From Candidatus Woesebacteria bacterium RIFCSPLOWO2_01_FULL_44_24b (GTDB taxonomy: Bacteria; Patescibacteriota; Microgenomatia; UBA8517), in NCBI GenBank assembly GCA_001793235.1, contig MGHM01000014.1, positions 3,857-67,856 of the forward strand: a DNA stretch of 64,000 nt. The letters are read 5' to 3'. The translations under genes and the position numbers were made by a program. The stretch's first letter is position 1, and each line of letters begins with the position of its first letter. Below the pieces are notes generated by a model that made no database searches, was not told the DNA's origin, and saw only the letters and a program-made list of their open reading frames with translations. Below are positions 1 through 9,006 of this stretch, piece after piece.

Positions 1-220
1 CTTTATTTCTGCGATGGGAATGTTTCTCTTGGCAACTATTACTTTCTTACCCCTTTGCACGAGATCGAGATAATGTGATAGATTAGCCTTTGCCTCATGG
101 ATATTTATTATTAGCATATGTTTACATACTAGACTAACTATATGGTCAAGTCAACATTTAACGGTCTTTATGTTAATTGCAACTGGAAAGTTTCGGCTAA
201 TATGTATATATTGATATGTA

Positions 221-733
221 ATGGATTACCATTTTTTGCGCCCCAAACGGGTTCGCGAACAACCCGTTAATAGCTCTTATATTTTTAAACTTGTGGGCCG
301 GTTTTTACCAGTATTTTTGCTCGCGGCGATACTGCCTTTTTTGATAGGTTTTGTGGTAGCCCCGCCTGATATTTCTTTTTTAACCCGCGCGGACGCAACT
401 TCCGAGCTTCGTGTGTGGGTGGAACCGGCAAATGTTGTCATGTCTCCGGGCGGAACCACCGAATTCACCGTTCTTGCTCAGTTTGAAGGGGAGGAAAAGT
501 TAATACCCGAGATAACCCTTACATTGACTGCCAGTAGTGGCTTGGTGCTCGAGAACAAGAGTGTTACCTATAAAGTTCCATTCAATGGAAGAGTAGAACT
601 CGGTCGGGTTGGTGTCCGGGCGGAAAGCGCGGGTGAGGCTATGGTTGATATATCCCGGGAAAGCATTAAAATTACAGCCTTTGAATGGCCACTTGAAGTT
701 TCAACTGCACCCGCGAAGGTAATTATAAGATAA
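221..733 (+). CDS. hypothetical membrane-anchored protein, first gene of the pseudopilin cluster
   Basis: 170 aa ORF with one N-terminal hydrophobic helix (LPVFLLAAILPFLIGFVVA). It lies directly upstream of three prepilin-type genes on the same strand. No recognisable catalytic motif. Confidence 0.4.
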   Translation: MDYHFLRPKRVREQPVNSSYIFKLVGRFLPVFLLAAILPFLIGFVVAPPDISFLTRADATSELRVWVEPANVVMSPGGTTEFTVLAQFEGEEKLIPEITLTLTASSGLVLENKSVTYKVPFNGRVELGRVGVRAESAGEAMVDISRESIKITAFEWPLEVSTAPAKVIIR

Positions 734-741
734 CTCGACTC

Positions 742-1194
742 ATGCAATTTTTTCCTGCCCGACACAAAGGATTGACTCTCATAGAGCTTCTTGTTGTGGT
801 TGTAATTATCGGGGTTATGGCAACGCCTCTTCTTTTGACATATCGAAGTCACCGCACAAGTCAAGCACTCCTTAGCTCAGCCGAGACGGTTGCCAACCAT
901 ACTCGCTCGGCGCATGTTTTTGCCCGAGAGGCACGCACTCAGCGCGGATGGGGCGTAAGAAGCACCGGGCAGACTTCTTATTCTATTTTTAGTTTGAGTA
1001 CGGCAGGCACACGCGATGAGCAAAAGTATGTGCTTGATTCAGGGGTGGCTTTTGAGGACGACTTCGAAATTTTATTTGAAATCGGTACAGGCGATACTGC
1101 GCGCGATGCCACCATTGTTTTGGTAAATGCCAATGGCAGAAAGTCAGTTGTGAACGTTGGCCGCTCCGGAGTAGTGGAGGTTATTCATGAGTAA
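742..1194 (+). CDS. type IV pilin-like / pseudopilin (prepilin-type N-terminal cleavage-methylation domain)
   Basis: N-terminus MQFFPARHKG|LTLIELLVVVVIIGV carries the class III signal: G at -1, E at +5 and a hydrophobic helix. Size of 150 aa is typical of minor pilins. Confidence 0.75.
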   Translation: MQFFPARHKGLTLIELLVVVVIIGVMATPLLLTYRSHRTSQALLSSAETVANHTRSAHVFAREARTQRGWGVRSTGQTSYSIFSLSTAGTRDEQKYVLDSGVAFEDDFEILFEIGTGDTARDATIVLVNANGRKSVVNVGRSGVVEVIHE

Positions 1195-1657
1195 AGGATA
1201 TTTTTTGATTGAAGCCTTACTCTCCATTGTTATATTTGCGGTGCTTATACTTTCGGTTTTTTCAATGATAAGCTTCTTGCAAAGGCGTACCATGCGATCC
1301 AGTTTTGAGGCGGAGGCCACGATATTGGTGCAGGATGCAATGGAAATAACCCACACTGTAATTCTTTCTGATTGGGCCGGGTACCCGGACGGCACTTATT
1401 ATCCGGTTTTTAATGCTGATTCTAATTCCTGGATTCTGTTCCCCGGGGAGGAGACAGAGCTTGAAGCCCGCTACAGCCGGAAAGTGGTTTTGCAAAGAGT
1501 GTGCAGGGACTCGCGCGGCGAGCGGATGGATACTTCTCCTTGTCTAGGAGCGCTTGACAACATGAGCCGTGAGGCAGAAGTAACTGTTTCCTGGATGGAG
1601 AGAGACGTAAGCCATGAAATAAGCGCCGAGCTTTTAATACTTAATACAAATGAATAA
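1187..1657 (+). CDS. pseudopilin / minor pilin (prepilin-type N-terminal domain)
   Basis: N-terminus MSKG|YFLIEALLSIVIFAVLIL has G at -1 and E at +5. It overlaps the upstream pilin gene by 8 nt, consistent with an operon. Confidence 0.7.
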   Translation: MSKGYFLIEALLSIVIFAVLILSVFSMISFLQRRTMRSSFEAEATILVQDAMEITHTVILSDWAGYPDGTYYPVFNADSNSWILFPGEETELEARYSRKVVLQRVCRDSRGERMDTSPCLGALDNMSREAEVTVSWMERDVSHEISAELLILNTNE

Positions 1658-2546
1658 GCATAGCTTGCTGTTTTACAGTAAAGCCTTTACTTTGATTGAA
1701 ATACTGGTGGGGCTTGCGCTCTCCGCTGCAATTTTTGTTGTGACAACAAGTCTGGTCGTCAATATCTTTAGTTCAAGCTTAAAAAGCAGGCAGGCAGAGC
1801 TCATGGAGCAGGTAAAAAATGACCTGAGCGCTGAGTTTGGCAATTCTGTGCGTTGGGCGGACTCGGTTTCTTTTGTTGGCGGCCTGCTTCAAATCGATGC
1901 CCTAAGTTACAAGCTTGATGGCGGCAGACTTTACAAGGGAAGTTCAGCGATTACTCCGGAGGAGGTTGAAATTACTAAATTTGAAATTACAAAATATGAA
2001 AGTCAGGGTTCTGCGGAGGGGAGTGGCTCAGGCTTGACCTCACAGTACTTTAATAATGAAGATTTTACAGCGCTCGCCTTTACCCAAAAAGATTTTAATA
2101 TTGATTTTGACTGGGGAGAGGGCTCACCCGACGATTTATTGGATATTGATACCTTTTCGGTCAGGTTTACCGGAGAGGTTTTAGCTCCGCGCGCCGGGGA
2201 TTATGTTTTTTATGTCGACTCTGACGATAGTGCCAGGCTTTGGGTTGACAGCAACCTGATTATTGATGACTGGGCAATACCCGGTTTTTCTGAAGTGTCT
2301 GAGAGGATAAGACTTACCGAAGGCCGCCACGATATCCGCCTTGATTATGTTGAAAATTTTGGTCCTGCTCGGTTGCGTCTAGCATGGAGTTATCCGGGAC
2401 AGGGAAAAGAAGCAATTCCTACTGTTAATCTCTTTCCAAAGTCAGGACCGGTAAGCATTAAAATTGCAGTGGAAATGAGAGTAAAAGTCAGTCAGTCGCA
2501 GGTGGACAGTCTTAGCCTGATATTGTCACCAAGAAGCGGGATATGA
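1650..2546 (+). CDS. pseudopilin with C-terminal PA14-like carbohydrate-binding domain
   Basis: N-terminus KA|FTLIEILVGLALSAAIF is prepilin-like. The C-terminal segment FSVRFTGEVLAPRAGDYVFYVDSDDSARLWVDSNLIIDDW...RLDYVENFGPARLRLAWSYPGQ matches the PA14/GLEYA consensus (G-Y-F, SDDG-like, L-W/IDG, ID-W). Confidence 0.7.
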   Translation: MNKHSLLFYSKAFTLIEILVGLALSAAIFVVTTSLVVNIFSSSLKSRQAELMEQVKNDLSAEFGNSVRWADSVSFVGGLLQIDALSYKLDGGRLYKGSSAITPEEVEITKFEITKYESQGSAEGSGSGLTSQYFNNEDFTALAFTQKDFNIDFDWGEGSPDDLLDIDTFSVRFTGEVLAPRAGDYVFYVDSDDSARLWVDSNLIIDDWAIPGFSEVSERIRLTEGRHDIRLDYVENFGPARLRLAWSYPGQGKEAIPTVNLFPKSGPVSIKIAVEMRVKVSQSQVDSLSLILSPRSGI

Positions 2547-3706
2547 GCAAAAAATTACAAAATGGGGCAATCACAGCGATATTTTTAGCGGTAGTTGCCT
2601 TGGTGCTGACGCTTATTTTGGCAGCAACACAATCTCAACTTCTCTTGTCTATTCGCCGAAGTCAGTCTGCGGCCGACATTTTAATAGCCACATATGGGGC
2701 TGAAAGTGAGGTAAACGATATTATGGCAAAGCTGAGTGGTGGCTACCTTGCCGATGCCGACATTGCCAGGACCACGAAAAACATAGGAGATACAACACTG
2801 ACAATTGAAGGGGAAGACCAGGGAGAAACTCAGATTGTAACGGTTACGGCCTCGCGGGGTTATGCTGTTGGCAAGGTGCAAGGGATTAGGAGAGTGCTTT
2901 CAGTTGAAGAGGTAGACGATGTGGAGTTAGTACTGACTCTGGACTGTACGAGCAGTATGGACGCTCGAGATGCATCCGCAAGCTGTACTGGCAGTAGTTG
3001 CCCCACAAGATTTAATGCACTGGAAGAGGCGGCCATAAATTTTGTGAATAATATTGAGAGGCAGGAAGATGCCGACAAGTTTAAACTGGGCGTTGCAATA
3101 TTTGGCAAGAGTTCGGCATGGCTTCAGTCAAACGGCCGGGACATTACACCGGAGTCGGGTATGAGTTTTAGTGAAATAAGGACGGCCATAGAGGCTGGTA
3201 TCAATACTGTTAGGCGTGGTGGCCAATGTGAAAGAGTGCTGGATGGCACGAGTATCGGCACAGCCTACAGGCATGGTCATAACTACTTGGTTACTACAAA
3301 AAACCCCGACACCAAGCAGATAGAAATTGTTATTACAGATGGCGAGCCGAATTCCAGAACTACTGATAGCGCTTGTCCACCCAGCATTGCCTGCGGCCCG
3401 AATTCCGCGTGTGAGCCAGCTGCAAAGAATTATTTGAGGTGTACCCTGGCGGACAATCTGACTTTTGTTCCGGAAATCAGCCAAAACGGTGCGAGGGACC
3501 CTGAAGTCGATGCCTATGCGGTGACCATTTTTGACAGGCCTCCAACGGACGTGGTTACCATTTTCAGAAATTATGCAACCGAGGATGGTTATTTTAATGC
3601 CAGTCGGGCATCTGAATTGACCAACATTTTGGAGGGAATTTTAGATAAGATATTAGAAGACCGCTCAACCGTGACTATCAAAAGAGTAATACCAACGCTT
3701 GAATAA
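2543..3706 (+). CDS. TadG-like pilus-associated protein with von Willebrand factor A (vWA) domain
   Basis: N-terminal hydrophobic TadE/G-like helix ITAIFLAVVALVLTLILAA. MIDAS motif DCTSS in VELVLTLDCTSSMD. Downstream vWA hallmarks GTSIG and IVITDGEPN. ATGA overlap with the upstream pseudopilin. Confidence 0.65.
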   Translation: MSKKLQNGAITAIFLAVVALVLTLILAATQSQLLLSIRRSQSAADILIATYGAESEVNDIMAKLSGGYLADADIARTTKNIGDTTLTIEGEDQGETQIVTVTASRGYAVGKVQGIRRVLSVEEVDDVELVLTLDCTSSMDARDASASCTGSSCPTRFNALEEAAINFVNNIERQEDADKFKLGVAIFGKSSAWLQSNGRDITPESGMSFSEIRTAIEAGINTVRRGGQCERVLDGTSIGTAYRHGHNYLVTTKNPDTKQIEIVITDGEPNSRTTDSACPPSIACGPNSACEPAAKNYLRCTLADNLTFVPEISQNGARDPEVDAYAVTIFDRPPTDVVTIFRNYATEDGYFNASRASELTNILEGILDKILEDRSTVTIKRVIPTLE

Positions 3707-4577
3707 TATGAATATAAGTTTATCTCTTGCCCATTTGCTGATTCCCAGGCACACCAACAATTATAAGGCTAAAGTTCTTACGACTTCATCGCTTTTGAGT
3801 TTGGCAACTCTTTTTGTACTGGTGCATACAATCCTTGGTATTTTGTCGGCCCCGCGGGTCGCAGTATTGGGTTATGCCTCGAGCATTTCGCCAGATAAAG
3901 TGATCGAGCTTACGAATGTCCAGCGTCTTGAGGCTGGGGTTGGCAAAGTTATTTACAGCCAGGAGCTTGAGAACGCAGCGAGGCTTAAAGCCGAGGACAT
4001 GCTCGCAAAAGACTATTGGGCGCATACAGCTCCGGATGGAACGGAGCCTTGGGATTTTTTTAAGTCGGTTGGCTACGTTTACCGCTTCGCCGGTGAGAAT
4101 CTTGCCCGTGATTTTTCAAATTCTGAGAGTGCAGTTGAGGCTTGGTTGGCCTCACCCTCACATCGCGAGAATATGCTCTCCGGCAAGTATACCGAAATTG
4201 GCGTGGCGGTTATTGAGGGGGACTTAAACGGTAAAGATACTACTTTGATTGTCCAGCTTTTCGGCACGCCAAGAACGGCAGCACCAGCAATCCCCGAGGT
4301 TGCAGCAGAAGTTGGGCTTCCAAGTGTAAATGCTGCCCCGCCGGTACTTGCCCAAAAGTCAGAACCTGCTCCAATAGTTGCGGCCAATAGTTTTGACTTG
4401 ATGAGGGCATTTACGGTCGGCGTGGTTGCGATTCTCCTTGTGGTTTTTGCCACGGATGTCGTGGTCATTAGTAGGCGCGGAATCACGAGGATGGGAGGCA
4501 AAACTCTGGCACATCTATCCTTTATGGTTATGATTTTGGTAATATTATTTATAGTTCGAGCAGGGGAAATTATATGA
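3699..4577 (+). CDS. CAP/SCP (PR-1-like) domain protein with C-terminal transmembrane anchor
   Basis: The central region (QRLEAG...DYWAHTAPDGTEPWDFF...GENLARDF...EAWLASPSHRENMLSGKYTEIGVAV) matches the CAP domain motifs, including the HxxxE-like HREN and the GENL/W signature. The C-terminal helices VGVVAILLVVFATDVVVI and LAHLSFMVMILVILFIV are hydrophobic. Confidence 0.65.
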   Translation: MNNMNISLSLAHLLIPRHTNNYKAKVLTTSSLLSLATLFVLVHTILGILSAPRVAVLGYASSISPDKVIELTNVQRLEAGVGKVIYSQELENAARLKAEDMLAKDYWAHTAPDGTEPWDFFKSVGYVYRFAGENLARDFSNSESAVEAWLASPSHRENMLSGKYTEIGVAVIEGDLNGKDTTLIVQLFGTPRTAAPAIPEVAAEVGLPSVNAAPPVLAQKSEPAPIVAANSFDLMRAFTVGVVAILLVVFATDVVVISRRGITRMGGKTLAHLSFMVMILVILFIVRAGEII

Positions 4578-4837
4578 ATAAAAAACACTTAAAACATCTT
4601 CCACATTTCGTTCCTCTTTTGGGCATATTCGGAGCGGGGATACTGGCGTTTTTGTTGTTTTCTTACGATAAACAATTTCAGATTGGAGTTGCCGTTTCAG
4701 TCGCCGCAGCCCACTTGACCTGGGGCATAGTTCACCATATGGTCCATGGAGACGTGACTCCCGAAATCATTCTGGAATATTTGGCGGTTTCTGTGCTTGG
4801 GCTTGCCGCCATTCTTTCGGTAATTCTTCACACGTAG
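4574..4837 (+). CDS. small two-TM membrane protein with His-rich loop
   Basis: 87 aa with two hydrophobic helices flanking HLTWGIVHHMVHGD. ATGA overlap with the upstream gene. Function unknown. Confidence 0.35.
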   Translation: MNKKHLKHLPHFVPLLGIFGAGILAFLLFSYDKQFQIGVAVSVAAAHLTWGIVHHMVHGDVTPEIILEYLAVSVLGLAAILSVILHT

Positions 4838-4854
4838 TGCTATAATTTCTGGGT

Positions 4855-5364
4855 ATGAAAAACTTAAATAGTAATGGTCATTTCGTGAGTCCTTCGGTGG
4901 GCGCCCTTTCGGTGCCAAGGATGATTAGTGAAATAACCAACTTTGTGAAAAGCGACCCGGGCAGCTACTACAAGCTCGTTATTGGAACGGACTCACAGGT
5001 GCGTCATACCAATGGTCTTGCCGAATGTGATTATGTGACGGCGATAATAATTCATAGGTTGGGCACAGGAGCGAAGTATTTTTGGAAGAAGGAGAAAGTC
5101 AAAATTGCCCCGGTTTTGAGAGATAAAATTTACAAAGAAACTACAATGTCCCTGAATGCAGCTGAGACCCTGGTGCCTGAAATCAGAAAAAGTATCAACG
5201 GAAGTGGTAAATATGAGCTGGAAATTCATATTGATGTGGGTAAGCAGGGCCCAACGCGTGAGATGATAAAAGAAGTTGTTGGTATGGTAACCGGTTCGGG
5301 CTATGTGGCCAAAACTAAACCAGATAGTTGGGGGGCGAGTTCAGTTGCCGACAAGCATACATAA
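4855..5364 (+). CDS. DUF458/YkuK-like (predicted RNase H-like fold) protein
   Basis: The KLVIGTDSQ motif and the ~170 aa size resemble the YkuK/DUF458 family. Assignment is from memory of the family signature, not from a search. Confidence 0.4.
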   Translation: MKNLNSNGHFVSPSVGALSVPRMISEITNFVKSDPGSYYKLVIGTDSQVRHTNGLAECDYVTAIIIHRLGTGAKYFWKKEKVKIAPVLRDKIYKETTMSLNAAETLVPEIRKSINGSGKYELEIHIDVGKQGPTREMIKEVVGMVTGSGYVAKTKPDSWGASSVADKHT

Positions 5365-5366
5365 AA

Positions 5367-6554
5367 ATGTCTGCAGAACAGGGATCATTTATACAAAGCC
5401 AGAAAGCACGGATAGATTCCTTGGTCAGGAGAAGAAAGTATGAGCGATTATTGGCTTTCCGCTTGGAAGAGCAGGATTTCGCTACTTCTATTTATCTGAG
5501 AGTCTTCGATGAAGTTCTTCAAGACCCGGATGTTGATCTAGCTGCCGTCAGAGAAGATATAAATAAATCTTGCAGCAGCTTAGAAGAAACGCGCTTTCTT
5601 AATCAATTTGTATACGACCTAGAGTTAACTCAACAAAAAGTGTTTCTTACCGAAGGACTGATTAAACATACTCTTGAAAGGAATTCATTACAACCGACGG
5701 GGGAGAGAATTGGGAAAGCACTTTTTCTTAGTGGCGTCGGAGCAGATCCGGTTGGAGAGGTAAAAGCGTCTGTTGGAATTGCTTCGTTAAAGATATATAT
5801 CGGAAGTCGCACCGACTACGTGAGGTTATATGGTAAGTTCTCTGTAGGTACTGGTTTCTTCAAGCCATATCAGAAAGTGATGCTACCTCTGGAAGGGACT
5901 CAATATGCTACCAGTATTCCCCTATCAGTTATATTTACAGGGGAAGGAAGGTCAGAGAATCAAATTCGTCAAACTGAAATGCATGAGGAGGCCCATGCAA
6001 TTAATCAAAGGCTTATAGTAACCCGTGCTACACTTTATAGTAAGGAAAGGAAACAATGGCAACTGTACCACGGTGGCAAAATAGAAGATTTAGTCAAGTC
6101 CTTCGACCGTGACCAAGAAATAGCAGAAGCAGGCATACCATTAATTTCAAGCCTTTTTGGTAGGAGGTCTGCGAGGTTAGCAACACTGGTCGAAGCGAGT
6201 TCGTATAAATTTGCCATGTCCCGCGCCCAGGATGAAATTATTGCCATGCAATCTTCGAACGGTTCATATTGGGAGTTTATATTCTCGTATGATCCTTATG
6301 ACTATTACCAAGGGGTGGGTTTAAGGTTGTCTCAATTGGGTTATTCCCATTTAGGTCAATGCGTAGATAAGTCCAGGGACAGATATTTGAAATCTTTAGA
6401 AAGTATTTTTGAGTATGTTGGTTTGGTTCGTTCGCAGATTGCAGAGGATGAGCAAGAGAAATTGACTCAATTACTTCGGGAAATCCCAATCAGCAGATGG
6501 AAAAGGGAATTGAGAAGGAGATATGGAGTATCAGTTATTGATGAGCGTATTTGA
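5367..6554 (+). CDS. hypothetical protein with HExxH (zincin-like) motif
   Basis: The ATG at 5367 follows the upstream stop by 2 nt; the listed ORF start at 5328 is a TTG. It contains EMHEEAHAINQ (HEEAH = HExxH). No other recognisable domain and no TM segment. Confidence 0.45.
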   Translation: MSAEQGSFIQSQKARIDSLVRRRKYERLLAFRLEEQDFATSIYLRVFDEVLQDPDVDLAAVREDINKSCSSLEETRFLNQFVYDLELTQQKVFLTEGLIKHTLERNSLQPTGERIGKALFLSGVGADPVGEVKASVGIASLKIYIGSRTDYVRLYGKFSVGTGFFKPYQKVMLPLEGTQYATSIPLSVIFTGEGRSENQIRQTEMHEEAHAINQRLIVTRATLYSKERKQWQLYHGGKIEDLVKSFDRDQEIAEAGIPLISSLFGRRSARLATLVEASSYKFAMSRAQDEIIAMQSSNGSYWEFIFSYDPYDYYQGVGLRLSQLGYSHLGQCVDKSRDRYLKSLESIFEYVGLVRSQIAEDEQEKLTQLLREIPISRWKRELRRRYGVSVIDERI

Positions 6555-6576
6555 TGTATAATTTAACTCTCAGTTT

Positions 6577-7434
6577 ATGAAGGGCATAATTCTTTCGGGT
6601 GGGAATGGAACGAGACTTTATCCGTTAACCAAAGCTATCAGTAAGCAGTTGATGCCTATTTTTGACAAGCCGATGATTTATTATCCCCTTTCAACTCTTC
6701 TTCAGGCCGGCATCTGTGAAATACTAATTATTTCGACTCCAAAGGACCTTCCAAAATTTGTGGAACTGCTTGGCGACGGCTCGCAAATAGGCTGCGAGTT
6801 CAGTTACAAAATTCAGGAGTCTCCCCGGGGACTTGCGGACGCCTTCATAGTTGGAGAAGAATTTATCGGCAAAGACAAAGTCGCCATGATTTTGGGAGAT
6901 AATATATTTTACGGTGCTCAGATCGATAAACAGACTAGGAAATTTCTCGACGTAGATGGAGCGGTTGGTTTTGCTGCACATGTTCATGACCCCGAGCGTT
7001 ACGGCGTTTACGAGTTTGATGAAGACATGAATGTGCTTTCAATTGAAGAAAAGCCGGCTCGTCCAAAATCTAATTATGCCAATGCCGGGCTTTATTTTTG
7101 CGATAATGAGGTTACCCAAATCGCAAAAAAAGTTAAGCCTTCGGCCCGGGGTGAGCTTGAAATTACGTCGGTTTTGGAAGCTTATCGAAAGCGGGGAAAG
7201 CTGAAGGTTTGTTTGCTAGACAGGGGTTCTGCGTGGCTTGATACCGGAACTTTTGATTCCATGATGAAAGCCTCCCAGTTCGTTCAGGTTGTTGAAGAAA
7301 GACAAGGCCTTAAAGTAGGCTGTATTGAAGAGATTGCCTACCGTAAAGGGTATATCACGAAAAAGCAGCTTCAAAAATTGGCAGAGGGACTCCTGAAAAG
7401 CGGATATGGAAAATATTTAATGGAGATTACATGA
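6577..7434 (+). CDS. rmlA: glucose-1-phosphate thymidylyltransferase
   Basis: N-terminus [18 protein letters not shown]...[19 protein letters not shown] is the canonical RmlA/RfbA G-x-G-T-R-L nucleotidyltransferase signature. It is followed by rmlB, rmlC and rmlD. Confidence 0.9.
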   Translation: MKGIILSGGNGTRLYPLTKAISKQLMPIFDKPMIYYPLSTLLQAGICEILIISTPKDLPKFVELLGDGSQIGCEFSYKIQESPRGLADAFIVGEEFIGKDKVAMILGDNIFYGAQIDKQTRKFLDVDGAVGFAAHVHDPERYGVYEFDEDMNVLSIEEKPARPKSNYANAGLYFCDNEVTQIAKKVKPSARGELEITSVLEAYRKRGKLKVCLLDRGSAWLDTGTFDSMMKASQFVQVVEERQGLKVGCIEEIAYRKGYITKKQLQKLAEGLLKSGYGKYLMEIT

Positions 7435-8441
7435 GCAATGTTCTGGTTACAGGCGGCTGCGGCTTTATTGGTAGTAATTTTATTCGCTCTTGGCTCAAGA
7501 GTTACCCTAAGGACAAAATAATCAATTTGGACAAGCTCACTTACGCGGGGCACATTTCGTCGCTTCGCGATGTTGAAAAAGACAAAAATTACAAATTCGT
7601 AAAAGGGGATATTTGTGATTCAAAATTAGTGGCGAAAGTGGTGAATGAAGTCGAAACCGTTGTGCATTTTGCAGCAGAGAGCCACGTTGACCGCTCAGTT
7701 GTGGGCCCTGCAGTTTTTGTAAAGACAAATGTTTTGGGAACGCAGGTGCTACTGGATGCAGCTGTAAAGTATAAAGTTAAGCATTTTCATCACATTTCTA
7801 CAGATGAAGTGTTCGGGGCACTTCCTCTAAGCTCCGGTGAAAAATTCCGTGAAAATACTAATTATGACCCCAGAAGTCCGTATTCGGCTTCAAAAGCCGC
7901 TTCAGATCACTTAGTGCGGGCCTACTTTCATACTTTTAATTTGCCAACAACCATTACAAATTGCGCCAATAATTATGGTCCTTATCATGATCCGGAGAAA
8001 CTTTTTCCTCGGATGATTACGGATCTTATCGACGGGAGCCCAGTAAAAATATATGGAGATGGAAAGTATGTTCGCGATTGGCTCCATGTAGAGGACCACA
8101 TTAGAGCCATTGATTTGGTTATTAAAAAGGGAAAGATTGGGGAAACTTATCTGGTCGGGAGCACAATAAAGGAAATTAACAATCTAGCGGTTGCCAGAAA
8201 GCTGATAAAGCTATTTGGGAAAAGTGAGAAAGAATATATAAAGTTTGTCAAAGACCGCCCCGGGCATGACAGAAGATATGCAATTGACTGGAGCAAACTC
8301 GCGCGCCTGGGTTGGAAGCCGAAGTATGACCTTGATACCGGGCTCAATGAGACAGTAGAATGGTACAGGCAAAACGAATGGTGGTGGAGGCTGCTAAAAG
8401 CGCGAGCTGAGAAGCTATATGAAAAAACCGGGCAAAAATAA
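7431..8441 (+). CDS. rmlB: dTDP-glucose 4,6-dehydratase
   Basis: [17 protein letters not shown] Rossmann motif, the [10 protein letters not shown] catalytic YxxxK and the conserved NNYGPY motif. ATGA overlap with rmlA. Confidence 0.9.
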   Translation: MSNVLVTGGCGFIGSNFIRSWLKSYPKDKIINLDKLTYAGHISSLRDVEKDKNYKFVKGDICDSKLVAKVVNEVETVVHFAAESHVDRSVVGPAVFVKTNVLGTQVLLDAAVKYKVKHFHHISTDEVFGALPLSSGEKFRENTNYDPRSPYSASKAASDHLVRAYFHTFNLPTTITNCANNYGPYHDPEKLFPRMITDLIDGSPVKIYGDGKYVRDWLHVEDHIRAIDLVIKKGKIGETYLVGSTIKEINNLAVARKLIKLFGKSEKEYIKFVKDRPGHDRRYAIDWSKLARLGWKPKYDLDTGLNETVEWYRQNEWWWRLLKARAEKLYEKTGQK

Positions 8442-9006
8442 CTTTTTAGATATAAAATTGGAAAGTCATCCCAAGAATGTTACCGTTGATTGGCTTCAAG
8501 AACTTGAGAAGTCAGGTAAATTTGCTGTGCAGGGTATTTATAAGTCCCCGACAATAGAAGGCGTGATACTAAAAGAGTTGAATGTACTAGTAGACGGAAG
8601 AGGAGACGTTATCGAATTGTGGAGCAGGCCTTGGGTTGAAAAAGAAGGTTTTGTGGTGCCCGAACATTGTTATCAAAGCGCGACCGACTTCGGTGTTACA
8701 AAATGCTGGCATCTGCATGCAATTCACACCGATCAATTCACTGTTACGAGAGGTAAACTGCAGGTACTACTTGTTGACATAAGAGAAAAGTCTCCGACCT
8801 TTGGCCACGTAAACTCTGTATTCTTGGGGACACAAAAGCCCAGGCTTCTAAAAATTCCACCCGGTATTATGCATGGATGGAAAGCATTAACCCGACCCGA
8901 AGTCATCGTGGTAAATTTTCAATCTCATGTTTATTTGGCGGAAGATGAATTTAAGTATCCCTGGAATTGTGTTTTAGAACATGCCTGGGAGCCTAATAAT
9001 GGCTAA
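8419..9006 (+). CDS. rmlC: dTDP-4-dehydrorhamnose 3,5-epimerase
   Basis: Cupin-type RmlC core: LVDGRGDVIELWS (compare FGDERGFFMETF) and a downstream histidine-containing strand. The N-terminus is uncertain; the true start may be the in-frame GTG near 8527 rather than 8419, which would give a 45 aa extension and a 23 nt overlap with rmlB. Confidence 0.7.
   Translation: MKKPGKNNFLDIKLESHPKNVTVDWLQELEKSGKFAVQGIYKSPTIEGVILKELNVLVDGRGDVIELWSRPWVEKEGFVVPEHCYQSATDFGVTKCWHLHAIHTDQFTVTRGKLQVLLVDIREKSPTFGHVNSVFLGTQKPRLLKIPPGIMHGWKALTRPEVIVVNFQSHVYLAEDEFKYPWNCVLEHAWEPNNG

Noticed and set aside
1-220. Leading 220 nt with no ORF on the track
   Set aside because: It may contain the end of an upstream gene or a promoter for the pilin cluster, but nothing recognisable. 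There is no -35/-10 pair I can assign with confidence.
4079-4588. 169 aa minus-strand ORF and the + frame ORF 3916-4227
   Set aside because: Both overlap the CAP-domain gene, whose motifs are clear. The alternative frames are Arg/Thr/Ala-rich with no features.
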